NCBI GenBank assembly: GCA_043825135.1 | Contig: JBDRSF010000010.1 | Span: 1 to 45,828, forward strand | DNA length: 45,828 nucleotides | Direction of reading: 5' to 3' | Source: Candidatus Magasanikiibacteriota bacterium | Lineage (GTDB): Bacteria; Patescibacteriota; Patescibacteriia; Magasanikbacterales; UBA922 | Shown here: positions 36,696 through 45,828 of the stretch, in pieces | Numbering within the stretch: position 1 is the first letter of the stretch | Layout: every line of letters starts with the position of its first letter | Program-made: the position numbers and the translations under genes | The notes under the pieces: generated by a model | What the model was told of the DNA's origin: nothing | Databases searched by the model: none | What the model saw: only the letters and a program-made list of their open reading frames with translations

Positions 36696-36981
36696 CGAAC
36701 ACCCCGCCAGAGGCTGGTCCGCCTTGGGCGGAAAAAACACTCGGCCTGTGACGGCCTTAAAACACTCGACCCTGACGGGTCTTAAAACACAAAAACACAA
36801 AAACACTTTTGTTTAGCTCGTTTTTTATAAAACAAAAACTTTTAATTTAAAATTCACTATATCTAATCCACGATTGAAATAAAGATATTTGTCCCTTAGT
36901 AAATTGTGTTTTTGTGTTTTAAGTCCGACGGAGTCGGATGGGTGTTTTTAGCCCGGAGGGCGAGTGTTTTCGTGTTCGCTA
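36693..36981. repeat. Long inverted arms of AAAACAC units interrupted by GC-rich mini-hairpins
   Basis: tagcgaacac...cttaaaacacaaaaacacaa (36693-36800) versus ttgtgtttttgtgttttaag...gtgttcgcta (36904-36981). Confidence 0.85.
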
Positions 36982-36987
36982 AAAATG

Positions 36988-36996
36988 TGGTATAAT
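36988..36996 (+). promoter_or_regulatory. Extended -10 promoter, near-leaderless
   Basis: TGgTATAAT 9 nt upstream of ATG 37006. Confidence 0.55.
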
Positions 36997-37005
36997 ATAT
37001 TTATT

Positions 37006-37650
37006 ATGATAAAAAAAGCGAATAGATTTCACCGCTTAATTTTGGGGATATTTATCTCTCTATTTTTTGTCTTTTTGTTTGTTTCAATTCCAATTGTTTT
37101 AGCTAGTTCAGAACAGAGCTTAACTGCTTCTGTTACTATTATCAATCCCCTAGGTCCTTATGTCGATATTAGAGCGGTTCCGGAAAAGCGTATTCCTAAT
37201 ATTTCTTTACTTAGAGTATTAAACCGCGCCACATCTCTCAAAGTGAAAGTTTATCCAGCTGGTGTTGATAGAATTGAGGCTAATGTCTTACATAATTTCA
37301 CTTCTACCACTGATGATATTGGCCGAATACCGTATTATCTTTTTGAGGGATTGTCACAAGGAACTTACGATTTTACTGCCAAAGGTTATTCACATCTAAC
37401 TAGATTGTTAGCTGGTGTAGAATTACAATATTTTGCGATTTTAGATTTTACTGATGACGGCAATGATCCACTTTTGTCGGGCGATATTAATATGACTGAA
37501 GGTGATGACGAAATAAATGCTTTAGATATTTCAGTTTTGGTAAATGCCTGGAATACCTCAGACTCTAGATCAGATCTCAATCGTGATGATGAGGTTAATT
37601 CTATAGATATTTCTAATTTGTTGGCGAATTTTAATGCGACAGGTGATTAG
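37006..37650 (+). CDS. Secreted dockerin-domain protein
   Basis: Signal/TM segment; two EF-hand-like repeats GDINMTEGDDEINALDIS and SDLNRDDEVNSIDIS; ATG 37006 preferred over GTG 36964. Confidence 0.8.
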   Translation: MIKKANRFHRLILGIFISLFFVFLFVSIPIVLASSEQSLTASVTIINPLGPYVDIRAVPEKRIPNISLLRVLNRATSLKVKVYPAGVDRIEANVLHNFTSTTDDIGRIPYYLFEGLSQGTYDFTAKGYSHLTRLLAGVELQYFAILDFTDDGNDPLLSGDINMTEGDDEINALDISVLVNAWNTSDSRSDLNRDDEVNSIDISNLLANFNATGD

Positions 37651-37655
37651 TAATT

Positions 37656-37721
37656 ATGATAGATGATAAATGATAGATGATAACCTGCTAAAAAATATCA
37701 TCTATCATTTATCATATATCA
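37656..37721. repeat. Inverted pair of 7-bp tandem arrays (TGATARA x4), no cargo gene
   Basis: atgatagatgataaatgatagatgata ...13 nt... tatcatctatcatttatcatatatca; 25/26 paired. Confidence 0.85.
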
Positions 37722-37731
37722 CCCATTAGCT

Positions 37732-40700
37732 ATGCTCAAAAAAACTTTCTTCACATTCGTAATCTTATCTCTTCTAGCAATCAACTTTGCTTGGATAGGC
37801 ACGGCCAAGGCTGATCCGGCGCCGTATTTTAGTTTAATTGCAACCGAAGGGCAGGGTGTTGGAAGTAATGAATTTTATGTTGGCCGGTGTTTTCGGGTGA
37901 ATATATATCTTAATACTGGTGGAAGTAACACTAATGGAGCTGATGTGGAGATTAATTATAACAGCAGTACTTTACAGGCTGTACAAAGTAATTGTTCTTC
38001 GGCCGCGACGACTGTTTATACAGATGGTATTTTTGATGTCTATCTTGGAGCTGGTAATGATATTTCTTCCAGTAAAATTTTACTAAGTGCCTATAATAAT
38101 CCGGGTACTTCTACTAATGTAAGTAATGGTTTATATGGTCATTTGTTTTTTAAAGTTTTGACTGCTTCCAGTAGTTATGATTTGAATTTTGAATATACTC
38201 AAGATTTAACAACTGATACCAATTTAGCACAAACCGGTGGTGATGGATCAGACATTCTATTGTCAGTAGAAAATTTAAATCTTAGTCTAATAGAAGACAA
38301 TGATAATCCTGTGATTGATACTCAAAGTCCTGCTTCGGGTGCAACCGGAGTCGCCGTAAATAGTACAATAAGTTTTCGTCTCTATGATGCCATGGCTGGT
38401 ATTGACAGTAGTAGTGTGACTAGTCGGATGAAAGAGGGAAGTGGTACATATTATTCGCAATCAGTTTCAGTTGGTTCGTCATTATCTACTAATCAGACTC
38501 GTTATTATCAATATACTGGCAGTTATAACCCTAATTCTAATATTAAGACTAATGGTGGATATTATGAATATGCTACTAGCTATACGGTTGAAGCAGTTAC
38601 AAATGATCTAGGGTCGGCTTCTACCCATTCTACTACTTCGGTCTGGTCATTTACCACCGAAGATGATACCAATGCCCCTTATACTTCAAATTTTAGCCCC
38701 ACAGATGGTTCTAGCGGGGTGGCGGTAGATTCAAATGTTTCATTTAGGGTAAAAGATTATAAAAGTAATGGCGGAGTAATTCCTGGATTGGGTGTGGACG
38801 AAGATGCTATTGCAGTTGTAGTTAGTAGTGATAGTCTGGGTATGCTTAACTATACTTGTAGTTCAGGTATAGTCACTTGTGATGTTAGTAATCCTAATAG
38901 TGTTTTAGTGACAATTAATCCAGCATCTGATTTTGCAGAAAATGAAGCTGTTAGTGTTGATATTGGTGCTAGTGATCTACATAGTTCTGCTAATGCTATG
39001 ACAACATCATCATATAGTTTTACTACTGAAGATACAGCTCCACCAACAATAAGCGGATTTACACCAACTGCTAATTCTACTGGTAGCGCATCTTCCACTA
39101 ACATAAGTTTTCATATTGTTGATGGTGGTTCTGGAGTTGCTATTGAATATTTAGATGTTTATGTTAATAATGATAATTATACAGCCATAAGTTCTGAAGT
39201 GACAGTAACTGGTGATGCTAGTGATTATTTAATTGTAATTGATCCAGTCAGTAATTTTACAGTTGATCAGGCAGTAGTAGTGAGAATTTCAGTTCAAGAT
39301 CAAGCCTCTACCCCAAATGTAATATCGCCTAATCCAACTTTATATAATTTTATTGTTGGTTTGGAAAGTACGACTCCAACTTGTCCAACTTGCGGAGGAG
39401 GAGGCGGAATTATGTATATTGAAAAAGAATGCCCCGAAGTGCAATGTGAACAATGTGAAGAGTATGAAGAAGCTACGTTGTCTTGTCCTGTGGCAGAGGA
39501 TTTAATTTGTCCGGAGGTGCAAAATGGAGTAGGTTCATGTCCGGTTTGTCCAGCAACAGATTCTATTGATCAAGAAGATGGATTATTGGTTCAGGATGTT
39601 TGGTTACCGACTAAAATTAACCTTGAGACAATAAATGATAAGAAGTTATCTGACAAGAAATTTTTGAGTATATTTGATACTGAAAAAATATTAAAATTTG
39701 GCGGAGTCACAGATGCAAAAGAAGGGGCATTTTTGCCAGTTTTATTTTTTAAAAAAGGAGCAAAAGCATCAGATATTGCTTTATATGTAAAAACAGATAA
39801 GCAGGGGCGTTTCGCCATAGATATGCAAAATATTTTTACAACTGGTGTTTATTCAATCAAGTCCAGTCTTTTTGATGATCTGGGAAAAGAAAAAGAAGTG
39901 GAGATTGGATCATTTGAAATAAAGGAAACTTTTTTCATACCTCTTAGAACTGAAGATCAACAGGCTAAAATAGACCAACGGTTTAATATTGCAGGAATTT
40001 TAGTTTTTTTATTCATAGTTTTAATTAGTATTATAGTACTTTTTGCGACTCGTTCTATGGTAGGTGGACTGGGGTTTGCTACAACTTTTCTTTTGGCAAT
40101 ATTTGGTATGGTTTTAATTGTTATGCATTCAAATAACAGTGCTATTATTGTTAAAGAGGCAAAATCTGGTTTTGAGGTTGATGAATCCGGATTAACACAA
40201 GAAAAATATCAGGAGTTGGCAGAAGGAGCCAGAAAAGAATATGAGACATTCAATGCTCAGCTGGTTGACCCCATTATTGGTAAAACAATAACAGGGGCAG
40301 TGATAGAGGTGGGGGATCAAATATCTGTTACTGATGAGTTAGGTGTATTTACTTTGCAAAATGTGGCTTCTACTGATAGAATTAAAATAACTCACGCTGG
40401 TTTTTCACAACCATTATATTTATTAGTCGGTGAAATAGTTGATAATCAGATTGGAGTAAATACCAAACTCATGGAGACCTTAGTCAGAATACAAAAAGGA
40501 CAACAACAAAGACAATTTAAGTCAGTTTACCCCTATGCTTCTAGCGATGTTCAGGAACAAATTGGCCAAGATTTATTTGTTAAAGCCCAAAATCAATCAC
40601 TTTTGGATCGTATAAAACAATTTAAAATGGCTGATAGTGGTTTTGCTACGACAATTAATATTTTGGATACTTGGAAATCAGCCAGCCTTGGTAAAACCTA

Positions 40701-40821
40701 TCAAAATGTTGCTAAAGTAAATTATACTTATTCTGGATATAATGATAATCAAGGTTTGGTTAAATTAAATGAGCCTTGGTATTTTATTGAGGAAGAAGGG
40801 GAATGGAGGTTTTTAAAGTAG
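37732..40821 (+). CDS. Large surface protein: cohesin-like domain, three Ig-like repeats, Cys-rich linker, TM hairpin, C-terminal domains
   Basis: Signal peptide; VNIYLNTGG...GADVEINYNSSTL...LFFKV cohesin-like pattern; repeats P..G..GVAV.S.ISF...D...G....WSFTT. Confidence 0.7.
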   Translation: MLKKTFFTFVILSLLAINFAWIGTAKADPAPYFSLIATEGQGVGSNEFYVGRCFRVNIYLNTGGSNTNGADVEINYNSSTLQAVQSNCSSAATTVYTDGIFDVYLGAGNDISSSKILLSAYNNPGTSTNVSNGLYGHLFFKVLTASSSYDLNFEYTQDLTTDTNLAQTGGDGSDILLSVENLNLSLIEDNDNPVIDTQSPASGATGVAVNSTISFRLYDAMAGIDSSSVTSRMKEGSGTYYSQSVSVGSSLSTNQTRYYQYTGSYNPNSNIKTNGGYYEYATSYTVEAVTNDLGSASTHSTTSVWSFTTEDDTNAPYTSNFSPTDGSSGVAVDSNVSFRVKDYKSNGGVIPGLGVDEDAIAVVVSSDSLGMLNYTCSSGIVTCDVSNPNSVLVTINPASDFAENEAVSVDIGASDLHSSANAMTTSSYSFTTEDTAPPTISGFTPTANSTGSASSTNISFHIVDGGSGVAIEYLDVYVNNDNYTAISSEVTVTGDASDYLIVIDPVSNFTVDQAVVVRISVQDQASTPNVISPNPTLYNFIVGLESTTPTCPTCGGGGGIMYIEKECPEVQCEQCEEYEEATLSCPVAEDLICPEVQNGVGSCPVCPATDSIDQEDGLLVQDVWLPTKINLETINDKKLSDKKFLSIFDTEKILKFGGVTDAKEGAFLPVLFFKKGAKASDIALYVKTDKQGRFAIDMQNIFTTGVYSIKSSLFDDLGKEKEVEIGSFEIKETFFIPLRTEDQQAKIDQRFNIAGILVFLFIVLISIIVLFATRSMVGGLGFATTFLLAIFGMVLIVMHSNNSAIIVKEAKSGFEVDESGLTQEKYQELAEGARKEYETFNAQLVDPIIGKTITGAVIEVGDQISVTDELGVFTLQNVASTDRIKITHAGFSQPLYLLVGEIVDNQIGVNTKLMETLVRIQKGQQQRQFKSVYPYASSDVQEQIGQDLFVKAQNQSLLDRIKQFKMADSGFATTINILDTWKSASLGKTYQNVAKVNYTYSGYNDNQGLVKLNEPWYFIEEEGEWRFLK

Positions 40822-40827
40822 GGTTTT

Positions 40828-42575
40828 ATGAAGAGTTTATTCTTATCATTTCAAAATTTATTTTCTTCAAGGAAGATGATGCTTATTTTTTTATTGGTCG
40901 TTGTTTTGGCAGGAGTATTAAGGATTGCTTTTTTGTCAGCTTCTGATGTAGTTGATGATGAGCCATTTTATGCTTTACGAGGCATTGGTTGGGTAGATGT
41001 ATTGTATGGTAGTAGTCAAACTACCCCTTATCATTGGTTTGAAGAATTGCCGTGGTGGTCAAAATTGTCCTTTCATGATCATCCGCCACTTGTATTTGCT
41101 ATCTTTCGTTTTTTTTCAATTTTTTTAGGAGATAGTTTATTCGCTATACGGTTAGTGCCTGCTTTTTTTGGAGTTTTATCAGTGATCTTGATGTTCTTTA
41201 TATCCCGTCTTTGGTTTAAGGATGAAAAAAAAGCTTTAATCACAATGTTTTTAATAGCTATAAATAGTGGTGTTGTCTTTTTTTCTCGTTTAGCTATGAT
41301 GGAGTCAATAAGTCTCTTTTTTATTTTATTAACGTTTTTTTTCTTTTTACTCGCATTAGATAATAGAAAATTCTTACCGTGGTTGGGTTTAGTTTTTGGT
41401 CTTAGTGTAATTGCAAAGTATGTAGCTTTTATACCTCTACCAATTTATTTATTGATTTTGTTTATTTATAAAAGAGAATATTTCAAAGATTTTTATCTTT
41501 ACTTGGCTGTCTTTTTGTCTTTTGTAATAATGTCACCTGTTATTGTTTATAATTTTTTTCTTTTTAAAACTGTTGGTCATTTTGATTTACAAATAGCCTT
41601 CACTTTGGGGCAAAAGGTTACTGAATGGGGTGAACCCTGGGGCAAAGAACTTCGAGGTGATTTTAGTGAGCGACTAAAAGGTCTGACTAGATTAGCAGAA
41701 TATCTATCACCAGTCTCTTTTTTTCTATTTGTCTAGCGTCTTTTTTTCTTTTTTTGACAGAATTAAAGAAAAAAAGGATAAATCAAAAGCAAGCGCTTCT
41801 TTTAGGTATAATCTTGATTTGGTTACTCTCCACTCTTTTAACAGGATCTTCTTTTAGGTTTTTATATTATGTCGTACCTTTTTTGATTTTAATGGTAGCA
41901 GAATTTATCTTTTCATTAAAAAATGTTATTAAAGCAGTTTTTTTCAAAAAACTATTATTTGCCTTCTTTATTATCTTTGAATTAATATATTGTTTAAATG
42001 GAAATATACTAATTCATTTTAATAAAACTATAGGATGGGACAAAGTAAATTTTTCCTACAGAGTCTTTAATTCAAAGGACTTTGGTTTGGAGAAAATAAA
42101 TCAGTATTTTATCCAAGAATTTTCAGGATATAGTCCTGGTATTGATCCAGTTTTTAGTAATCAAAACATAAGAAAAAAGGTAAAGCAAATAAGCTCTAAA
42201 AATTTATTAATAAACGCACCTCCTTATAAGGCTATGATTTTGACTGATAACAGATCGGACGCCTCTATTCTTTCGTGGGTTTTTGCTAGGCTAAGTTTTT
42301 ATTACGGTTGGCCATTTATAAACGTTAGTTATTTGGAAGAAAAATTTGATCTTTTTGAATTGAATGAAGATTTTGATGATGCCATCTTTTATTATGTTCT
42401 TAGTACCCCACACACTCTAAGATCACCCCAACTATATGCTAAAGCCGATGAATTCGCTATTTTTTTGGAAAGTGAAGGTGTAAAGCCTGCTGGTATTTAT
42501 AATAAAGATAACCTGCTTGTATTTTTAATATACAAAATAAAACTGCAGGATATGCAGCCATTTTTAGATAACTAG
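40828..42575 (+). pseudogene. GT39/ArnT-PMT-like membrane glycosyltransferase split by a frameshift (ORFs 40828-41736 and 41754-42575)
   Basis: DEPFY, DHPPL, RLAMME, AKY motifs; adding one T to the T7 run at 41718-41724 fuses both ORFs into 582 aa. Confidence 0.75.
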
Positions 42576-42604
42576 AGGAAGTTCTCTAAGGTGTTTGAAT
42601 TGAT

Positions 42605-42946
42605 TTAGACGATGACAATAGTGGTTACCATAACAAAGAATGATATTAAGGTTATTAATAATAGCGTCCTTGTTTGAGTGTAAATCTTTAAAAAATTAGT
42701 AAAAGCTAGTTGATAGGTACCGTTTTTGTCTCTTTTGGAAATCTTTTCAAAAGCTTCCATACTAGAATAGCGTAAAATAATAGGAATATTTTTTGGATTT
42801 TTCGTGAGAATAAATCCAGCTGTAAGGGCTGTAATGAGTAGGCCAAAAATAAAACCAAGCAGAATCTTGTTTTGTAGTAAGTCTAACATAAAAATCTTTA
42901 TATCATAATTTATGGCTTTAATGCCGAAAAGAAAATTATCTTTCAT
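42605..42946 (-). CDS. Small two-TM membrane protein
   Basis: 113-aa ORF with two hydrophobic segments; TGaTATAAT upstream on the minus strand. Confidence 0.65.
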   Translation of the reverse strand: MKDNFLFGIKAINYDIKIFMLDLLQNKILLGFIFGLLITALTAGFILTKNPKNIPIILRYSSMEAFEKISKRDKNGTYQLAFTNFLKIYTQTRTLLLITLISFFVMVTTIVIV

Positions 42947-43103
42947 AATTTATTTTGTTTAAGGTATGGTTTATTTTACTAAATTATTATATCATATTAT
43001 TAATCCATAGTCTATATCATCTGTCATTATTAACAAAAATTTGTTATAATAGCGTTGTATTGGGTCTAGGTTTAACTATCGTTTTTTTAAATTAATAATC
43101 TAA

Positions 43104-43640
43104 ATGAAAAAATATTTTAGGTTTAAGGCGTTTGAGCGTTTTCTTTATCTCGTGACTTTATTTCTAGGAGTATTTTTTTTCGTTATTTTTTTTGCAAGAT
43201 TTTTTGTAATTTCACCTGGTAGGATTGATGGACCATCAATGGAATCAACTTTTATAGACGAAGATTTATTTTTAGTAAATAGGTTTACATACCTGTTTAA
43301 TGAACCTAAACGCTATGATATTGTGCAGATTGTAAATCCAGATGAAGGTAAACTAATAGTTAAAAGAATCGTCGGTTTACCTGGGGAGGTAGTGGTAATT
43401 AAAAGGGGGCAAGTTTATGTGGGTTTTTCGTCTTCCTCTGCATATATTTTGGATGAATTTAATTATTTAGATGAATATACTTTTACCACAGTCAAAGGAC
43501 AGAAGGAAACGGAAGTGTTTGAAATTAAAAAAAATGAATATTTTTTATTAGGCGATAATCGACCAAGAAGTATAGATAGTAGGTATTACGGTGCTGTGAG
43601 CAGAGATAAAATAATTGGAAAAGTTGTTTGGCCTCATTAG
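43104..43640 (+). CDS. lepB: Signal peptidase I
   Basis: GPSMEST (Ser), IVKRIVGLPGE (Lys), GDNR..S.DSR. Confidence 0.93.
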   Translation: MKKYFRFKAFERFLYLVTLFLGVFFFVIFFARFFVISPGRIDGPSMESTFIDEDLFLVNRFTYLFNEPKRYDIVQIVNPDEGKLIVKRIVGLPGEVVVIKRGQVYVGFSSSSAYILDEFNYLDEYTFTTVKGQKETEVFEIKKNEYFLLGDNRPRSIDSRYYGAVSRDKIIGKVVWPH

Positions 43641-43743
43641 TCTGTCCACATATTTATTATTGTTTTTTGTTTTTTAATTAATTTGTGATATAATATATAA
43701 ATAATCATCTAATTCGTTTATAGTTTAGTGTGCTAATTATATT

Positions 43744-44667
43744 ATGAAAAAAATACTTGTTTTTATTTTTAGTTTGTTGATATTTTTTTTGCCGAATAAT
43801 GTTTTTGGTCTTAGTGTGAGTCCAATATCAGAATCATTGGATGGAATTATGAATTTTCAAAAAATAGAGAAAGAAGTGGTCGTAGGTAGAGCCCTAGATA
43901 GTAAGGATTGGGTCATGGAAGTACAAAAAAATGATGACAATTATAATTCAATTGAGCTTTCAGAAGATAGGTTTATTTTTCCTAAAGGACAGAAGCAGTA
44001 TAAATACATATATTACATTTATCCCCAAGGTTTGGAAGTCGGCGACTATGAAGCTAAATTTTTTTTTAAGATAACTTCAATGAATGAAGATAATAAAGGT
44101 GGAAATTCTGTTAACCTAGGGATGAACTCATTCATTAATTTTACTGTTACTACTACAGCCTTTCGTGGCTTGTCGGTCAAATCGATTGTTTATGAAAAAA
44201 TTAATAATTCTGTTGTATCTTTGGATATGGTGGTAGAAAATACCGGCAATGTGTTACAAGAAATAGAAACCATAGATCTTTTATTATATGAAACTGTTAG
44301 TAAAAAATTTGTAAAGAATATCACAAAATCAATTAAGTCTGAAATTTTTGCTTTTAGTAAGAAGAATTTTAATTTTATCATAGATGATTTACCACCCGGA
44401 GAGTATTATGTGGAAGCGGTAGTGAAGGATATTAATACACAGCAGTTGGGAGGTAGTCGTTCGTTAAGTTTTACTATTGGCGATAATGATAATTTGGTGC
44501 ATAAAAATAAAACGGGATCAATTAGAGAGAATAACTCTTTAGAATTTGGTAACATAAAATTTTTTTTGGTGCGGGTTTATAATTTTTTATTGACCCCTCT
44601 TGGTTTGGGTTTGGTCTTGGGTTTGTTAGTGTTAGTAATTTCTGTTATAAATCTTTTTAAAAAATAA
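43744..44667 (+). CDS. Secreted beta-sandwich protein with C-terminal TM anchor
   Basis: Signal peptide, GLSVSP, ENTGNV, LPPGEY; paralog of the next gene. Confidence 0.75.
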   Translation: MKKILVFIFSLLIFFLPNNVFGLSVSPISESLDGIMNFQKIEKEVVVGRALDSKDWVMEVQKNDDNYNSIELSEDRFIFPKGQKQYKYIYYIYPQGLEVGDYEAKFFFKITSMNEDNKGGNSVNLGMNSFINFTVTTTAFRGLSVKSIVYEKINNSVVSLDMVVENTGNVLQEIETIDLLLYETVSKKFVKNITKSIKSEIFAFSKKNFNFIIDDLPPGEYYVEAVVKDINTQQLGGSRSLSFTIGDNDNLVHKNKTGSIRENNSLEFGNIKFFLVRVYNFLLTPLGLGLVLGLLVLVISVINLFKK

Positions 44668-44690
44668 TTTTTTTAATGTAAATAAAATGT

Positions 44691-45828
44691 ATGAAGAATA
44701 AAATAATAGTATTTATATTACTAATAGTTATAGGGCTATTACCGGCTGTTGATGCTCATGGATTGGGTGTATCTCCTTCACCCATTACCAGAGATAATGT
44801 GTCAAATGGTGTGAGAATGCGAACCCGTGTTAATGTGGTTAGATCAAGTGCACTGGATAAAGATGTATTAATAGAAGTTCAACTTCAGGGAGAATCATCA
44901 CGTTATTTAGAATTAACTCAAGAAAGTTTTATTATTCCTAAAGGTCAGAAGCAAGCAGTTTACGAGTTTTTTATAAGCCCACAATCAGCCCCCAATGGTC
45001 ATCACGAAGCCATGTTACTATTTACAAATAAAGGACCTGTTAATGAATCATCACAAGCTGGTTCTTCTGGAAATTCAGGCGCTAGTATTTTGGAGGCGAT
45101 GTTACTCGGTGTAAATTTTATAGTTACAGATAATGAGGTCAAGGAATTTAATGTATCTAGTTTTGCTGTAGAAGACACAGAAGTTGGTCTGCCTTTGCAA
45201 TTTTCTTATGTTTTAGAGAATAATGGTAATGTGGATGGTCGGATTGATAAAATTGAAGTTTTGGTGGTAGACACTACAGATTCTTCTCATGAATACAGAG
45301 AGACTTTTTTAAAAGAACAAAATCCATTATTAGCTCCTGGTGAACATAAAGAGATGGTTTTGTTTATGAACCAGACAATACCACAAGGTGAATACCAATT
45401 TTCTGCAGTTTTTTATTTTAACAATGAGAATATTTTTAGTATTAGTGATAGGTTGGTAGAAGTGTTACCACCTGGTAGTTTAGGTCAAGAGGCAAAATTT
45501 ATTTCTTTTTTGACAGAAAAAGAGAGATATAAAAAAGATGAATTGTTAGAATTAATTGGTATTTTGGAGAACACCGGTGATGTAGGTTTACGAGCTAATC
45601 TATATGTAGAAGTAAGAGATGAAGATGATATTAGAATTGATTTATTACGTTCTGATGATAAGTTTGTTTTAAAAGGTAAAAAGGGAGAGTTTAGGATCCA
45701 GACTAGATTATCGGAAATAGGGTTATACAATTTGAAGGCCTATGTAGAATTTGGAGCTGGTAAATCAGAATATAAAAATCTACAAATTGAAATTTTTGAT
45801 GATACTGCATCTATTGGATTATTTAGGC
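44691..45828 (+). CDS. Secreted beta-sandwich protein, truncated by the window end (absent from the ORF track)
   Basis: MKNKIIVFILLIVIGLLPAVDAHGLGVSP...FIIPKGQKQ...ENNGNV...ENTGDV; reading frame open to the end of the window. Confidence 0.8.
   Translation, partial: MKNKIIVFILLIVIGLLPAVDAHGLGVSPSPITRDNVSNGVRMRTRVNVVRSSALDKDVLIEVQLQGESSRYLELTQESFIIPKGQKQAVYEFFISPQSAPNGHHEAMLLFTNKGPVNESSQAGSSGNSGASILEAMLLGVNFIVTDNEVKEFNVSSFAVEDTEVGLPLQFSYVLENNGNVDGRIDKIEVLVVDTTDSSHEYRETFLKEQNPLLAPGEHKEMVLFMNQTIPQGEYQFSAVFYFNNENIFSISDRLVEVLPPGSLGQEAKFISFLTEKERYKKDELLELIGILENTGDVGLRANLYVEVRDEDDIRIDLLRSDDKFVLKGKKGEFRIQTRLSEIGLYNLKAYVEFGAGKSEYKNLQIEIFDDTASIGLFR

Noticed and set aside
36732-36806. CRISPR-like repeat-spacer pattern (AAAACACTC plus unique inserts)
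   Set aside because: Repeats are about 10 nt and inserts about 14 nt and self-complementary; there are only 2-3 units and no cas genes
36807-36903. Loop between the arms as a GxxExxY gene remnant (minus strand ...RGLDIVNFKLKVFVL*)
   Set aside because: Too short and weak to distinguish from chance
1-45828. Alternative genetic code or RNA genes
   Set aside because: Long conserved genes read through under the standard code with TGA used as stop (e.g. radA); no tRNA or rRNA signatures were noticed

Overview
AT-rich bacterial chromosome segment. Gene content and style suggest a Patescibacteria/CPR (Parcubacteria-like) genome; this is inferred from CPR-type pilins, DUF5652 and few Shine-Dalgarno motifs. 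The housekeeping backbone is radA, clpC, phosphomannomutase, htpX/lemA, rseP, pheS/pheT, dnaE (with a 431-aa LAGLIDADG intein) and lepB. Surface genes include two pilin-hydrolase fusions, DsbA, an adjacent dockerin/cohesin pair and a frameshifted GT39. Three unusual layers stand out. (1) A transglutaminase-vWA gene, an AbiE toxin-antitoxin pair and a MoxR-like AAA+ ATPase whose last 38 codons look like a diversity-generating retroelement (DGR) variable repeat; no template repeat or reverse transcriptase was seen in the window. (2) Two GxxExxY nuclease-fold genes, each inserted between normally adjacent genes (lemA/htpX, pheS/pheT) and bracketed by inverted arms built from short tandem units, plus several cargo-less or hairpin-decorated versions of the same architecture. 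(3) A REP-associated Y1 transposase whose REP and other small palindromes or 7-mer arrays sit in-frame inside housekeeping proteins (PheT x3, RadA x2, ClpC, PMM). No rRNA, tRNA or CRISPR array was found. All family calls come from motif recognition, not database searches.
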